A stretch of 60,140 nt of DNA, the filler included, from Hausera hauseri (Eukaryota): NCBI GenBank assembly GCA_046269625.1. It is 10 parts of 10 records of this genome, joined end to end, with 100 filler letters (N's around TTAATTAATTAA, not from the genome) between each part and the next. Parts side by side here need not be neighbours in the genome. Positions count along the whole stretch, not along the records: positions 1 to 4,592 come from JBJURY010513793.1; positions 4,693 to 9,385 come from JBJURY010473355.1; positions 9,486 to 15,208 come from JBJURY010199081.1; 7 more parts are not named here. One strand, given 5' to 3'. The notes beneath the pieces are model-generated. The model was given only the letters and a program-made list of their open reading frames with translations, had not been told where the DNA came from and made no database searches. A program made the position numbers and the translations under genes. The stretch's first letter is position 1, and each line of letters starts with the position of its first letter. This document shows positions 1 to 12,800 of this stretch, one piece after another.

Positions 1-3000
1 TGTGTCACCAGCCAGTTAAATCCCCAACCTGGGTGTTTAGTCAATATGTGCTCACAGTCCCCTAGACACTAAGGAGTTCTGTTGGAGTCACAGTCCCAGT
101 CTAGCACTACTCCTGTTTGCTTGACAGCCAGCCCAACACTAATCCTCTGCTCTGAAACACTCTCTGAAGTGCAGAGGAATCAAAAATGGCAGGCGGGTGT
201 CCTCCACCAAATACGCAACTTTGCACTTACATACGCTCCCATTGAGACTGTGGGTAATTGCAGGAGCATGTGTACCAACATTACAAGGTAACAATCCACT
301 GGATGGATGGAAAAGGACAGCAGAGTAGGTGGGGGTTGATGTGGAGCTGGTGGCTTTGTGAAGCTTCATGTCATCTGTCACATCTGATGAATGCAAGATA
401 GGTAATTCAACTATGAGCCAGATCCTCCTGCATTTTTAATATATCTTGCAAATCCAGAAAGGCCTTGGTTACATTTTGTCACAGAGGACATGAGACTACG
501 GGGAAAGCCACTAAATCACTGTCATTCAGTACAACAAGTCAAGCTTGGTGGCACACATGCACAGCCTCTTGAGAGCTAATTAGTATACTGGAAACATATT
601 ACACTGATGGAAAACCATCTTACACTAATGGGAATATATCTGTTTTGATGCATTTACAGGCCAAAAAGTGTTGAGTTTTCAGTTGTAATGTATGATCTGG
701 AAAGACAGCTTATCACAAGAAAACTGAGTCATTTCATATCTGGCCGATTAATGTGCTTGAAAAAAACAAATGCAAAAAATGGAATAAAAAATTAAAAGTA
801 CCATTCTAAAAATGGAACTAAACGACATGGTGTCGAACATTCCAATTTTGAAAATTCAAAAATTCCATTTCTAAAAATGGAAACAAACGGTATGGTGTCG
901 AACGACCCAGTATAAATACCCGTGTAATAAACACCAAAAAACTCTCTCGAACCTATTCAATTTTATTTTACAAAAAACAGACTAGGTTAGGTCCTATGGT
1001 ACCTTATAGAAATTATCGTTATATTATTAGGAGATTGACGATGGCGGAGCAACATGATTTCTACGACAATTTATCCGAAGGAGCATTAGGTAATTTTCCT
1101 TTCAGCTTATTCGTGATTATATTTTGTTTTTCGTTTTGATTATGTAATTTTATGTTTAATAAATTTATTCAAAATAAATCGAATATTGGTATTGAAGCTG
1201 GGTTGCGCTGGGTAGTGTATTCGGGATAAACCAGAAATCAGATGGCGACACTGTGGAAGCGATGGTTATTGTACGACCGAAAGCTTATTAACTCAGTCAA
1301 GGAAATGGGTGTATGATGAAACGGATAAAAATTAAAAAGGGAATAAATGGAACTCGGAAATTATGATGGGTCGATTACGGGACAAATCAACACTTGATGA
1401 CCACTGATATAATAGACGATTTAGTTGTATCAAATGTTCCGGAAGATGCTGAGCAGTATCGTAAATAAATATAATTATGTTGACATAGTTCGTTGTGGTT
1501 TAACCGTTATCTATTAATAGTATAGTAATACCGAAATTATTTATAAAATTTAAAGTGAGGAGTATTAACTTTAGACCATTCTGATAAAATTTTAGATTGA
1601 ATGTATTACGAAAGGTCGAATCAGGAATGAGCCGATAAAACTTATGGGTTGAGGATGATACATTTATGGTGATATATGTCTTGGTGGTGCTATTTCAGTA
1701 TGCAGCTTTGACTCGGAATAATCATGTCGATGGTCGTGTTTGTGATTCAAGTTTAAAGTCAAACTGCGTATGAAATGATGCTTGATAAACACGGGTATTC
1801 GACATACGTAAGTGAAAGCCGTTCTATTTATAACATACGTCCGTTTATATCACCACAATCTGTTATACATATAAATAAAATCGACCATATCTATATTTGG
1901 ATTAAGATGTGTAAAAGATCGATAGGATTACTTAATTATTTTCTACATGTTAATGTGGTCATTGCGGGACTAATTTAATTTTTTTAGTTGTTCATTTATA
2001 TTAACTATTTAATAAACCATGCTGTGGCAGCAATGATCCTTTCTTCCCTAATTTAATGGCTACGTCTAAATGTTTGTTACTAAGAGGAAAAATGATGAAT
2101 TCTACTTGGATAAGCGAAAGAGGTGAGAACAAACGGATGGTTACGAGCTGTGAGAAGATTTTTTGGATAACACATGAATCATTAGGAAACCTTGAATGTC
2201 TGTCCAAGCTGAAGAAATAATTGATCATTGGGTCAATATTTGAATGTACCTGGGATGGTTGATTCTTTTTGTTAGACGGTTCGCGAGAAGCAGGACAAAT
2301 GAATGTACAGATCCAAATCGTGGAGCGAGTGGAGGAATTATGCTAACCAGGAGAAATGCATATATTTTTCAGCCAAATTTTGGAAGATTGCCTGCGTTAG
2401 AGAAACCAAACCAGGGATAAGCCGATAGGTGAATCAAGGTAGGATGGAATTATTGCAACGTGCGCCCTTGTGATATCGATTCAATGTACAATTTCGTCAT
2501 GGAGTGATGATGATTGCGTTTGTGATTTATTCGTTCGTTAAGTGTAGTTGCGTATGTTTGACGAAATTAAATAAACAATAGGTACTCTACATATGTTATA
2601 TTTATATATTCGATTTATATCGAGCTGTGTTTTGGTTGCAGCTATAAATAAAATTTATTTATGTCGAGTTGTGTTTGGTTGCAACTATAAATAAAATTTA
2701 GTTACGATGTGTGGTTTCCAATATTTGATTTCGTTTTTCTTTGATTGCGTTAGTGTGTATAACTTTATAGTGTGTTTAGTTACCTTAGTATATTATGTAA
2801 TCCATTTTTAAAGGAAATCAAAGGTAATACTTTTAGAGTAAAGTAAGGTGTGTTTTTGATTCTAACCTAGGATATGTATTTATGTATCAAGTTATGTCAT
2901 TTGAATTTGAGATCAATACGACTATTTCCTACATGGCAATGTGGTTGTTACGGGACTGGATTCCCTGCATTAGTTGTTCATTAATTGTGTAAGATATTAC

Positions 3001-3839
3001 GATACTACTCCCCTATTCCCAATTATTATTTAATTATTATGTTTAATCACTATTTCCAATGATTACGCACAAATTGATATCTAATCACTATCTCCAATTA
3101 TTATGTTTAATGATAATTCTCCATTATCACGTTTAAATTGATTTACAGCCAGGGGAGGAATTAATAAACTTTGATTGAACGATTGGTAGAAGCAGGGATC
3201 AACCGAAGATCATAGAAGACGAAGAAGCCTGAGATTGTTGCATCGTGCAGTGAGAAGATTTCATGGAGAGCACGTGAGTGTCAAGTAAACATTGGATGCC
3301 TGGATGGGTTTGAAGGAATGATTGACCATATTCATTGCCATCGATACTCGAAGTAACCGATTGTCGCCATCGATATTGTGATAGGCACAAAGGAAAACAT
3401 GCAAACGGAGTTACGAAAACTAATGAACCCACAAACCTTCAGATTATGAGACAAACGGAGAAACCCTGGCTAAATAGCAAGAAGCGAACGTATTTTTGTT
3501 AGACGTAGGTATGTAATGCCGGGGTAAAGACTCAAAGCCGACTCAGGTACCAATAATATGAGATCGTTTTAAGAAGGAATGCATGTCTACCCGGGACTCA
3601 CGGAAATTCTTAGTTACCAGAGACGCTCGACGATGACATTTACGGGTAAAGGAGCTTGGGTAAAACGTGGATAATGAAATTACCGACAAATGTGAACCTT
3701 TATGGATTTATATGTTAGGTACCGTTTAAGGTTATCAAGTATATTAACCCCTGTACCAGCAACATATAAACTGGTGCCCCGAGTGAGGACACCATATTGA
3801 TAAAATGATTAATGATTTTAAGGCAAAATCCTTATTTAA

Positions 3840-4154
3840 TTTTGGAATTCAGATGATGACAGATACGCACCACTGAGATGCGAGATATGCTGCGGATTAC
3901 TCGGAAGAAATTATGCGCTGTTGCGATGCACACATATTATGTGTGTGAAGTGTGCAGATCGATGGCTATCGAAGAGCCAAACATGCCCTTTCTGCCGAAG
4001 AAAAACGAGCTCGTATCAGTGCCGAGGAGCCACAGTGGTGGTGATCTTAGACGACGAAGAAGATGACGAAGATGAGCAGGAAAATGAAATGGAGGAAGAT
4101 CCGAACGAATTATATGTATTAGGGCCAAATCAACTCGTACAGATGCCCATTTGA
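3840..4154 (+). CDS. Small C3HC4 RING-finger protein with acidic tail; start codon not resolved
   Basis: The open frame reads CEICCGLLGRNYALLRCTHIMCVKCADRWLSKSQTCPFCR, a complete RING-HC, then VVVILDDEEDDEDEQENEMEED. TATA-like TATAAA at ~3766 and AATAAA at ~4161. No in-frame ATG before the RING; possible acceptor TTCAG at 3848-3852. Confidence 0.75.
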   Translation, partial: FWNSDDDRYAPLRCEICCGLLGRNYALLRCTHIMCVKCADRWLSKSQTCPFCRRKTSSYQCRGATVVVILDDEEDDEDEQENEMEEDPNELYVLGPNQLVQMPI

Positions 4155-4341
4155 TTGTGTAATAAATACAGTTGTACAGAATTAAGACTGTTTGAACTAG
4201 AATGACTAATGAACTAACTGATTTAGACAAACAAATGTGTATAGAAAACAGTTTGTGGAAAGGTGAATGGGATAAAAGGAAAGGAATGATAAATAATATT
4301 GATTTAATAAATTAAAGTTTAAGAAATTGGATTAAGAAATA

Positions 4342-4587
4342 TTGATTTCAGCTTGCATTATCTGTAGAAGATTTCCAGAAACTTGGGACGAGGAGGACAA
4401 TCCCTGCCCCCTATGTCAATTGGTGGAGAAATTAAGCCAACCAGAAGATTTATTTGAATGCAGTTATTGCGGAGAAGAGATTAACATAGGTTTGATGACG
4501 CTAGATGAAGATTGTCGTCTATTATGTCCTGTGTGTGATATGACGTGGAATGATCTGGAGGAAATTGACAAATTAATTAACCTATGA
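4342..4587 (+). CDS. Small Cys-rich protein with four CxxC pairs (possible zinc ribbon)
   Basis: CIIC...CPLC...CSYC...CPVC in 81 aa; non-ATG start. Confidence 0.4.
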   Translation: MISACIICRRFPETWDEEDNPCPLCQLVEKLSQPEDLFECSYCGEEINIGLMTLDEDCRLLCPVCDMTWNDLEEIDKLINL

Positions 4588-4592
4588 AATTT

Positions 4593-4692
4593 NNNNNNNN
4601 NNNNNNNNNNNNNNNNNNNNNNNNNNNNNNNNNNNNTTAATTAATTAANNNNNNNNNNNNNNNNNNNNNNNNNNNNNNNNNNNNNNNNNNNN
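4593..4692. other. Artificial contig linker (44N-TTAATTAATTAA-44N), first of nine
   Basis: Identical 100-bp linkers at 4593-4692, 9386-9485, 15209-15308, 19526-19625, 28804-28903, 37039-37138, 46610-46709, 50942-51041 and 55436-55535. TTAATTAATTAA gives stops in all six frames. Confidence 0.97.
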
Positions 4693-6200
4693 AACTCTTC
4701 TTAACCACGGATGCATCCACAACAGCTGCAGGTGCTGTCCTCCATCAAGTCAAAAATGGATCCCATGAGACATTGGAATTCTTTTCTCGAAAATTCACTG
4801 CACAAGAGCAAAGATATTCCACCTTTGACCGAGAGTTGCTTTCAATGGTCCTTGCCGTAAAACACTTTAAGCATCTTTTAACCGCACAAACCTTTACAAT
4901 ACAAACGGAGTACAAACCCTTGCTTCAAATTCTCATCATGAAATTGCCTTCTCCACGTCAGGAGAGGCAAATATCGTATTTGTCCACATTTAATTTTGAA
5001 ATTAAGCACCTAAACGGAGTCGACAAATTAGTAACTGACTTTTTGTCCCGATCGGTCAGTTTGATTGATTTCACACCAATTTTCCCTTAATCCAAACTTT
5101 AACAAAACCAGCAACCTTCTGAAACCCTTAAATCTTTTAAATCGTGCAAAACCATCGACGGTGTGGCTTTTGACACCTCCAAACCTAATAATCCTAAAGA
5201 CATCATTTCTGAATCGCTTCAAAAAGAAGCATTTAACAACATCCATTCGTTGCATCACCCTGGTGCCAAGGCCACTTTCGACTCTTACAACACCAAGTAG
5301 AATGGCCGTCGATGCGCTCTGACGTGCAGACATACGTTAGAAAGTGTGTAGCATGCCAAAAATACAAAGTTACTAAGCACTTAAAGCCACCACTATATCA
5401 ATTTCCCTGTACGTCTCGTTTTGAATCTGTTCACATTTACCTTGTATGCCCACTACCCTTAGACAACGGCCATCAGTTCATCCTCACAATGATGGACCGT
5501 TTCTCGCAATGGCTAGAGGCTGTCCCGTCTTGGAGCACCAACACAGAAACAATCGCAGACGTTTTCAACCGCACTTGGATCAGCAGGTTTGGATCACCTC
5601 GCCACATCATCTCGGACCAAGGCCCACAATTCGAATCCAACCTGTTTAAAGCTCTTGTCAATCGATTGGGAATTAACCACATTCACACGTCACCATATCA
5701 TCCGCAGTCGAATGGCCTTCTCGAACGCTTTCACCGAACGATAAAAACGTGTCTCATAATGGTTGCTAAGTCCAATCGCAGTTGGACTACACTCCTTCCG
5801 TACGTTCTGCTTGGCTGGCGAAACAAACCATCTACTTCTACAGGCTGTTCACTTGCAGAAGAATTATTTGGCACTTCTATCAGACCATTATTCAAGCTGG
5901 ATGAGCTGGACAATATTCCTACAAACGAAACCATACAAGCGGCCCAGAGACACTTTGTTGAGATCAGCAAAGACTCATTTTGTAGACTATTATACGGAAA
6001 CAAACCTTACGTACCCGACGATTTACAAACTGCCAAGTTTGTATGGCTAAAGAACCAAAGGCCATGTGGTTTTTAACCTCAGCATGTTGGCCCTTACAAA
6101 GTAATTTGCTTACACTCTCACAACATCATTCTCAAGGACGACAAAGAAGCAACAGTCTACATCAAGAACTCTAAGCCGGCTTTCTTCATTGACGATACGT
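4693..6200 (+). pseudogene. pol: Gypsy pol (RNase H + integrase), frameshifted with stops
   Basis: ORFs 4773-5090 and 5312-6076 carry RNase H and rve motifs, broken by frameshifts and stops. Confidence 0.9.
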
Positions 6201-7191
6201 CTCCAATCGATACAACTTCTCACCAACATCACTTCACGACGCGCAGCAATTCAACAATTCACCTTCCACCCCTGTTCAATTCTTTAACCCACTTTCCCTA
6301 AGTTTTCTCTCAAGACCTCTACTTCAATTTTTTCTGACAGGTTATCTTCTTTTCCACACCCGATTTTGCACCTTAAAGCCTTTTCACACCTCTTTTATCC
6401 CCTGATAACAACCTGCTTTCTCCTCTTACAATACCTCCTCCATCAAACACCACTTTGACTTCACCAATCTCTCCATCTACCCATTTCATTATTCCAACCT
6501 CTTGCATACCACTTTCCAACTACTTTCCATCGCCTTCTCCATCTTCTTGCTCTCTTCCGTTTTGTCCTTCTTCGCCGTCTTCTCTTTCTCTCCTTCTGCT
6601 TCCACACCTTCCTCATCTTCGGCGCCTTTTTTCTCCATTTCTCTTCACATATCGTCTTTTACCCGTTTCATTTCTACTTCGCAACATCCTTCACTTTTTT
6701 CTTCTATTCCTATCTCCCTTTCTCTCTCTACCACAACCTTTGTTTCATCTTCCACTTCCACTCTTTCACCCAATTCAACTCCAACTTTTACTCCAACTTT
6801 TTTCTCTCTTCCTTTATCCTCCACTACACCGTTTATCATTCCTTCGTCTTCTCACACTATCTTGAATACCTTTAACCATCCGTCTTCAACGATTTCTCTT
6901 TCTCCTTCACCTCCTTCTTCTCTTCATTCTGACTCGTCTTCGCACAACACAACACTTACAACAAAATCCGACAATTTTTTTCCCAACTTCAAACTCTGCA
7001 AGCAAACACACCGCATAAAGACAAAAAACGCAGAGTCACATTCAGCAAGTATAGCAGGGAAAAATCAGTATAAGGCACCCAACGTCTTGTCCACACTAAG
7101 ACCGACTGACACATACACATTTTTGTTTAGCCCTTTTTCTTCTTTCCATCTGTTTTATTCTTTATAATTTTCACATTGCCACGGAGGGGGG
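4693..7191 (+). mobile_element. Ty3/Gypsy (CsRn1/Kabuki-like) retrotransposon, 3' part: RNase H, integrase, S/P/T-rich tail, polypurine tract (PPT)
   Basis: LTTDAS...YSTFDRELL (RNase H); H-x4-H/CxxC zinc finger; MDRFS, ISDQGPQFES, YHPQSNGLLERFHR (DDE integrase); PPT GGAGGGGGG at 7183-7191. Confidence 0.93.
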
Positions 7192-8156
7192 AAATTTCCG
7201 AATTTCGAATATTCGAATCGACATTCGAGGTCTCCATACTCAGTTTCCTATCTGTCCGCGCTTAATGTAATATCAATTTTTGCTTCCTTATGGCAGAAAA
7301 AACCTATGGGCGTTCGGCCCCAACTCACATTCGAGTCGATATTATTCGAAAACAAATCGATAGATTTAAATTCTAATTGCACATTCATATAGTGCATCGT
7401 ATTTGCGTTCGAACACACCCGGTCACATGTGCTATTCATCAATATTGGAATTATCGGAAAACTGATATTGTTGATTTTTACACTCTCGCACATGTGCATA
7501 TACACTGCACTGCATACAGGTCGATGCATTTCAACATGCTCTATCCACCAGCACTTGGTACCGGTCGATTCGAGCATTGATAGGCCTTACAGTAACAAAT
7601 ATGTGAAAAGTTTCATGGCAACGGTTTCCAGGGGCACCTCCACAATGAGCATTTCCCGATCGGTAGTGCAGCGGGTGCACTACCGACTAGTACATGTGAC
7701 GTATCGATTTTATCGATTTTTATTTTATAGCAGAAAGGCCTATGTACCTTTGATACCAATTTGCATTTTATCAAAAACCAATCGATAGATTTAAATTCTA
7801 ATTGCACATTCACATAGTGAATCGTATTTGCTATCGATTACACCTAGTGTCGGGTGCTAATCATCAATATTTGAATTACCGGAAATCCGATAATATTGAT
7901 TTTTGCACACTTGAACATGTGCAGTGCACCTGCACAGTGCACCAATCGATGCACATTAATGTGCACTATCGAATAGCACTTTGTGCCAATCGATTTAATC
8001 AATAGTACAATGTGCAGCGATCGATAAGCGAAATGTGCAAAAATATACTTAGCAACGGTGCCTAGCGGCAGCGTTGCCGAGCATATTACCGATCTATAGT
8101 ACACATGGTGCACTATTGATTGGCACGTGCAGTATCAATTTATAGATTACCCCCCC
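7192..8156. mobile_element. Right-hand half of the TIR element family seen at 47479-49251, with internal ~425-bp tandem duplication
   Basis: ATTTAAATTCTAATTGCACATTCA.ATA recurs at ~7364 and ~7789. The segment parallels ~48300-49251 and ends in GATTGGCACGTGCAGTATCAATT...ACCCCC, like the right TIR. Confidence 0.7.
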
Positions 8157-9515
8157 TCCTCCACGAGGTAGTGGAGAATGCCCATGTAATATTTTCATAT
8201 AATGCAGCAGCTTAGTCATCCAACGTGCTCCATTCACAGCTCCTGGACATCTTCAGTGTATAGTATCTACCGTAGAATCAAGAAAAATAAGTTTTAGTGT
8301 GATGCCGCAGACGTCAGTGCCAGAACAATCTACGGAAAACGTTTCACTACCCTACTCTTTTAGGCCGGGGTGTTCGCAACTGGATTTGTCACCTTGTGTT
8401 TCCTATTCGTTTGACGGTCGGTTTGAAAAAAAGATTAAAGAAAGTCGAGTATCTAGAATAAGTTTTCTTTTTGATTTTCCTTCTAATCACATTACAACAC
8501 CGGATGAATCCCAAAAGGTCGACTTATTTTCAAGACCCACAATTGTATTAGCCATTTAACCTGCCATACTTATCGGATATTTCCTACACTCAGTGGCCTG
8601 CTTACACACAGATTATGGTGATCACTTTGTTGCCATTATTCCTGCACCGCATTACCCAAAACAGGCCCCAGACAGAAGAAAGTTGGCTGTATACAATTTA
8701 CTCAACGGCAATATTCTGTGCGTTTCTATGGTCGATCAATGAATTCGCTCGCTGAACGTTCGGTCTCTTCGTCGTGAGGTATTTTCCGAATGGTAGCATC
8801 TGTCCACCTTGCTGATGTATGTTTGCAAATCAGACGTGGCCATCTGTATTATGAATTGCTAGTATCGGACATCTACTCTTCTTCATTGCTGGTATTTTCT
8901 AGCTTGTCACACTTGTGTGCAATGCTACCAGAATCATGTTATATCGACTGGATGAATTTTATAACTATGATAATATGACAGCTGCGCAGAACATTCAGAA
9001 GAGCATTATCACTCAACTGAATCAATGCCGGAACTTTATCAGTCTGTTACGAAGACACGTCAAAACGGTTGCACTGTCAACAGTCGTATTTTCTGCATTT
9101 ACAGCAACGGCTCTTTTTGGTTCCCTAAATCAATATCACAATTCTCATGTGTTCCAGATTAACATAATTGTTTATCTTTCCTTTTTCTCAATTGTTTATT
9201 TGTTTTCCATTGCAGCGCTTATCTACTGAATGAGGATACATTCCATGCAGCACCACAGTTGAGGTAAGCTAACGACCGATTCGGTGGCAATAACAATCGG
9301 CGGAATTTGTGAACTGTGCTGCTTTCTTTTCGTTTTCATCATGGAAGGTAAAAGTCGCATGAAAGTCTTTAGTTATGCGTATCATNNNNNNNNNNNNNNN
9401 NNNNNNNNNNNNNNNNNNNNNNNNNNNNNTTAATTAATTAANNNNNNNNNNNNNNNNNNNNNNNNNNNNNNNNNNNNNNNNNNNNATCTATTATAAATTT
9501 TGCTATATAATTCGG

Positions 9516-9800
9516 ATGAATTTGGATAGTGATATTTTTCAGCCGTCCGTTACTGAAAAGGTGTTCAATCTAATTAGTCGATCTCATAAAGTATTATCAG
9601 ATGATAACGAACGCAAAATTTATGATAGATTTGACCATGAAGGCTTAATTGGGACCTCAGATCTTGCTCGGTCATCTCACTCTGATGACAGCAGAGATAA
9701 ACTTAAATTATTTGACTTGAATAATTTCTTCGCCTTCAGAGCCACAAATGATATATTTTGAGAATTTTTTGACTCAAACCAATTTGAGAGGCTTTTTGAA
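9516..9800 (+). pseudogene. DnaJ/Hsp40 (DNAJB6-like) fragment: end of J domain and G/F region
   Basis: EKVFNLISRSHKVLSDDNERKIYDRFDHEGL...FAFRATNDIF*EFF matches the DNAJB6 pattern (AYEVLSD..KR.IYD.YG.EGL...FTFR.P.DVF.EFF). No HPD motif; internal stop. Confidence 0.8.
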
Positions 9801-9824
9801 ATTACAGCTGGTGGATGCGTTGGT

Positions 9825-12800
9825 ATGAATCAAATTATCGTTACGACTCCGATGGAATTAGAACTTAATAAAGAACAACAGCGGAATCAGCAAGAGGAAC
9901 AGATACAACAGGAACCAGATATTAATGTCAAGTACGATCTAAACAGATCGTACGTGGTCGTAAAAGCGAACATGTCGGTGAAAACAACAACGCAACTGAG
10001 ACATGTTCTGCAAAATGTGCGCAACCGGTTGGAATCAGAAGTGGAGAAATTCCTACACCAACACTGCAAAGTGAAATATTATGCACTTGCAGAATTTAAA
10101 AACGTTGAAGGTGACAGGAAACAATGGTACCTGTCACATCGAGCTGTGCCATATGTCAATGATTTTATTGCCGACGTAGGCGAAAAGCTCGTGGAGAAAA
10201 TCGCCAACTACACGGAAAAGGGTTGTGGATGGCGAATTATACGAATTGTCACCCTAGACTTTATTATAACAAAGTGGAGTTACATAATATATTTGTCTGG
10301 ACGATCACTCATACCGACACCTGCAGCTTTGAAGCAGTCTCTTGCGGCAGTGAATATAAAAAGTACTAACTATGAAAAATGTGTTTTTACAGTATTTTGG
10401 CGGTAATAAAATATGACCAAGTGGACAGACATAGCGCATCTCGTTCAAAACAGTATCAGAAATATTTTTCCCAATTGGATTTCGATGAAAGTTGGATGCT
10501 GATGAAACTAAAATCAATTCCGGCTTTTGAACGGCGTAATCCGACACTGACAATCAACGTGTTCTGGTACAACACAATCGCAGAAATACCTCTTGTAATG
10601 GCCACATTCACCCAATTGGTGATCTGCAAGTGGGACTCGTTATGTAGATTGATTTTGTTTAAATATTCGAAGAAAAATAAATGGTGAATTTTGAAAGTAG
10701 TTGAATTTATTCCTTTTTTGCCGACTTTGGAGGAGATGTAAACTTTTGTACTTTGGTTTTATAATTATCAAAAAAAATTTTCTAATTGATTGTCGGATTT
10801 TTTTATTGTAATTAGCCGCCAAATTTGCTGATTTCAAAGTTCTGAGTACACAATGAGAAAGAATGTATTTTTCCCACTTGATGACAATTTGGTTGATTGC
10901 AATTCCAATTCACAGCAGGGAATTTCCCCAAATTTTTTATTAGCAATAAATCTATCAACTGCTAATGAATCCGTACTAAATCAATCAAAATTGTCAAATA
11001 GTACATTCAATGCGAGGTAAGTGGATACTCGTCTATCCAGAGATATCAAACGTTAAGTATCATTCCATGACAATCGACGAAGAAATGGTCCACCTATTGC
11101 CAGTCATTGGAATAAATCTCCGACATGCAAAATGATCCAAAATGACAATTCTTCAGTCGTTTTATCGCGGTGTCCGGCAATATTGAATAGTTCAAAACAA
11201 AGTCATCCTTACAATAGTCATAAACGTTTTAATGCAAAGGCAGAAGATGACAATAAAGCTATGGAAAACTGGGTGACAGTTTTTGGTTATTTATCAACCG
11301 AATCCCAATTGGTTCTATCATACCTTTCGGAAATTGGTGTTATTCAAAAAAATATACATCCAACAGTGGCAACTGGATGCATCTTCAATTTGAAGATCGA
11401 ATGCACGCCGCCTTTGCTCAATAGCGTAACGGACGTATTTTGAACGGTAAACTCATGATCGGCGTTAAGCCGTGCGACGATATGAATTTTGGCGTTGATT
11501 ATTGTGACATATCCTCATTAGGTACACCGACAAGCGGCAATAGATCAGTGTCACCAAAGCATTCCCTCGGTGGTATAAAAACCATCGTGGACCCAGATCA
11601 GATCTCTTCACAACAAAAGGTAAACATATCAAATAATCAAATTTCTTCTTGTGACAATCTATCGTAGTCGGAACCCAAATGGCCGCTCAGTAAATTTGTT
11701 GCTACGTAAACAAAAAGAAAAGTATCATTACGTTGAGTGACAAATCTGAACAGACTACTGAACATGGCGCATAACCATTTCCTCCAAAAATGGATACAGT
11801 GTAAATGGTTTCCTGTATGTCTTCATGGATTCAGGTCGGAAACAACATATGCGAAACGTGACTTTGTGCAGACAAAATTTGTCAGGAACCACAATGTATG
11901 TCATGCTCGTCAAACAGGAACTCAGGTTCACTGATTGGTCAAAAACAGACAGTCCGGCATATGTAGTATATGCCGATATTGAAGCTATCTTATCACGGCA
12001 AAACACATGACCAAAAACATGTTCCAATCGCCCTCGGTATGTTGGTTGTCCCAATGAAAGCCGCAGGTCAACCTCAATATTATGTTTTCCACGGATGGAA
12101 TTGTATACACGATTTCTTGCAGAAATTGCAAACCATAGTGAAAACTGAAATAGCACCCTAGTACAGTAGAAATAGCAATAAACCCTTGATGTGGACAGAT
12201 GACGATGAACGCCTGACGTTTGCAGTCACAAATAAATGTTGCACGTGCTACAAAATATTATCGTTCTACGCACTGGAACGGTTCGTACCGGATCATGATC
12301 ATTTTATCGGTCGATACTTGAAAGCAGCATGCAAATCATACAATTTAGCAAGGCAGGTGCTGTTATTCCTACCGGTGATATTTCATAACTTCAGGGGTTA
12401 TGATTGTCACTATATTTTGAAATGAGCAATAAACGGATTTTCGCACTGGAAGCTATCCGTAATTCCGACTACGATGGAGAAATACCTGTCACTGTCTGCT
12501 CGTATAAACTGGTTCCAGGTACGCATTTCAATTTCTTACTGAATCATTAGCAAAGCTGGTAAATGCCTTGCCAGATGTGCCGATAGCACTGACGCAGTTC
12601 TCCACACATATTGCACGCAGCAAAGGCATATTCCCATATGACTTTGTAACATCGTATGAGCGATTCCGGACAGCAGAAGAATTATCACCGAGATAGACAG
12701 GTATCGCAGAGGATGAATACCGGAAAGCACAGAGGTGTTGGACAGAACTCGGCTGTAGAAACATGTTGGATTACATGCTCCAGTATCTTAAACTGAACGT

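Noticed and set aside
4637-4648. TTAATTAATTAA as a biological motif (e.g. piggyBac target site)
   Set aside because: Always centred in an identical N block; artificial linker.
6455-7167. Ser/Thr/Pro-rich ORFs as a mucin gene
   Set aside because: Homologous to the integrase tail of the contig 6 element (35000-35500); part of the retrotransposon.
7248-8113. His/Cys-rich short ORFs (also 48524-49332)
   Set aside because: Translations of the GTGCAC/ATCGAT-rich repeat; frames are not conserved between copies.
11016-11040. Tiny GTAAGT...CAG intron in NUP35
   Set aside because: The frame is preserved without splicing and a second in-frame TAA follows anyway; nonsense mutations are the simpler explanation.
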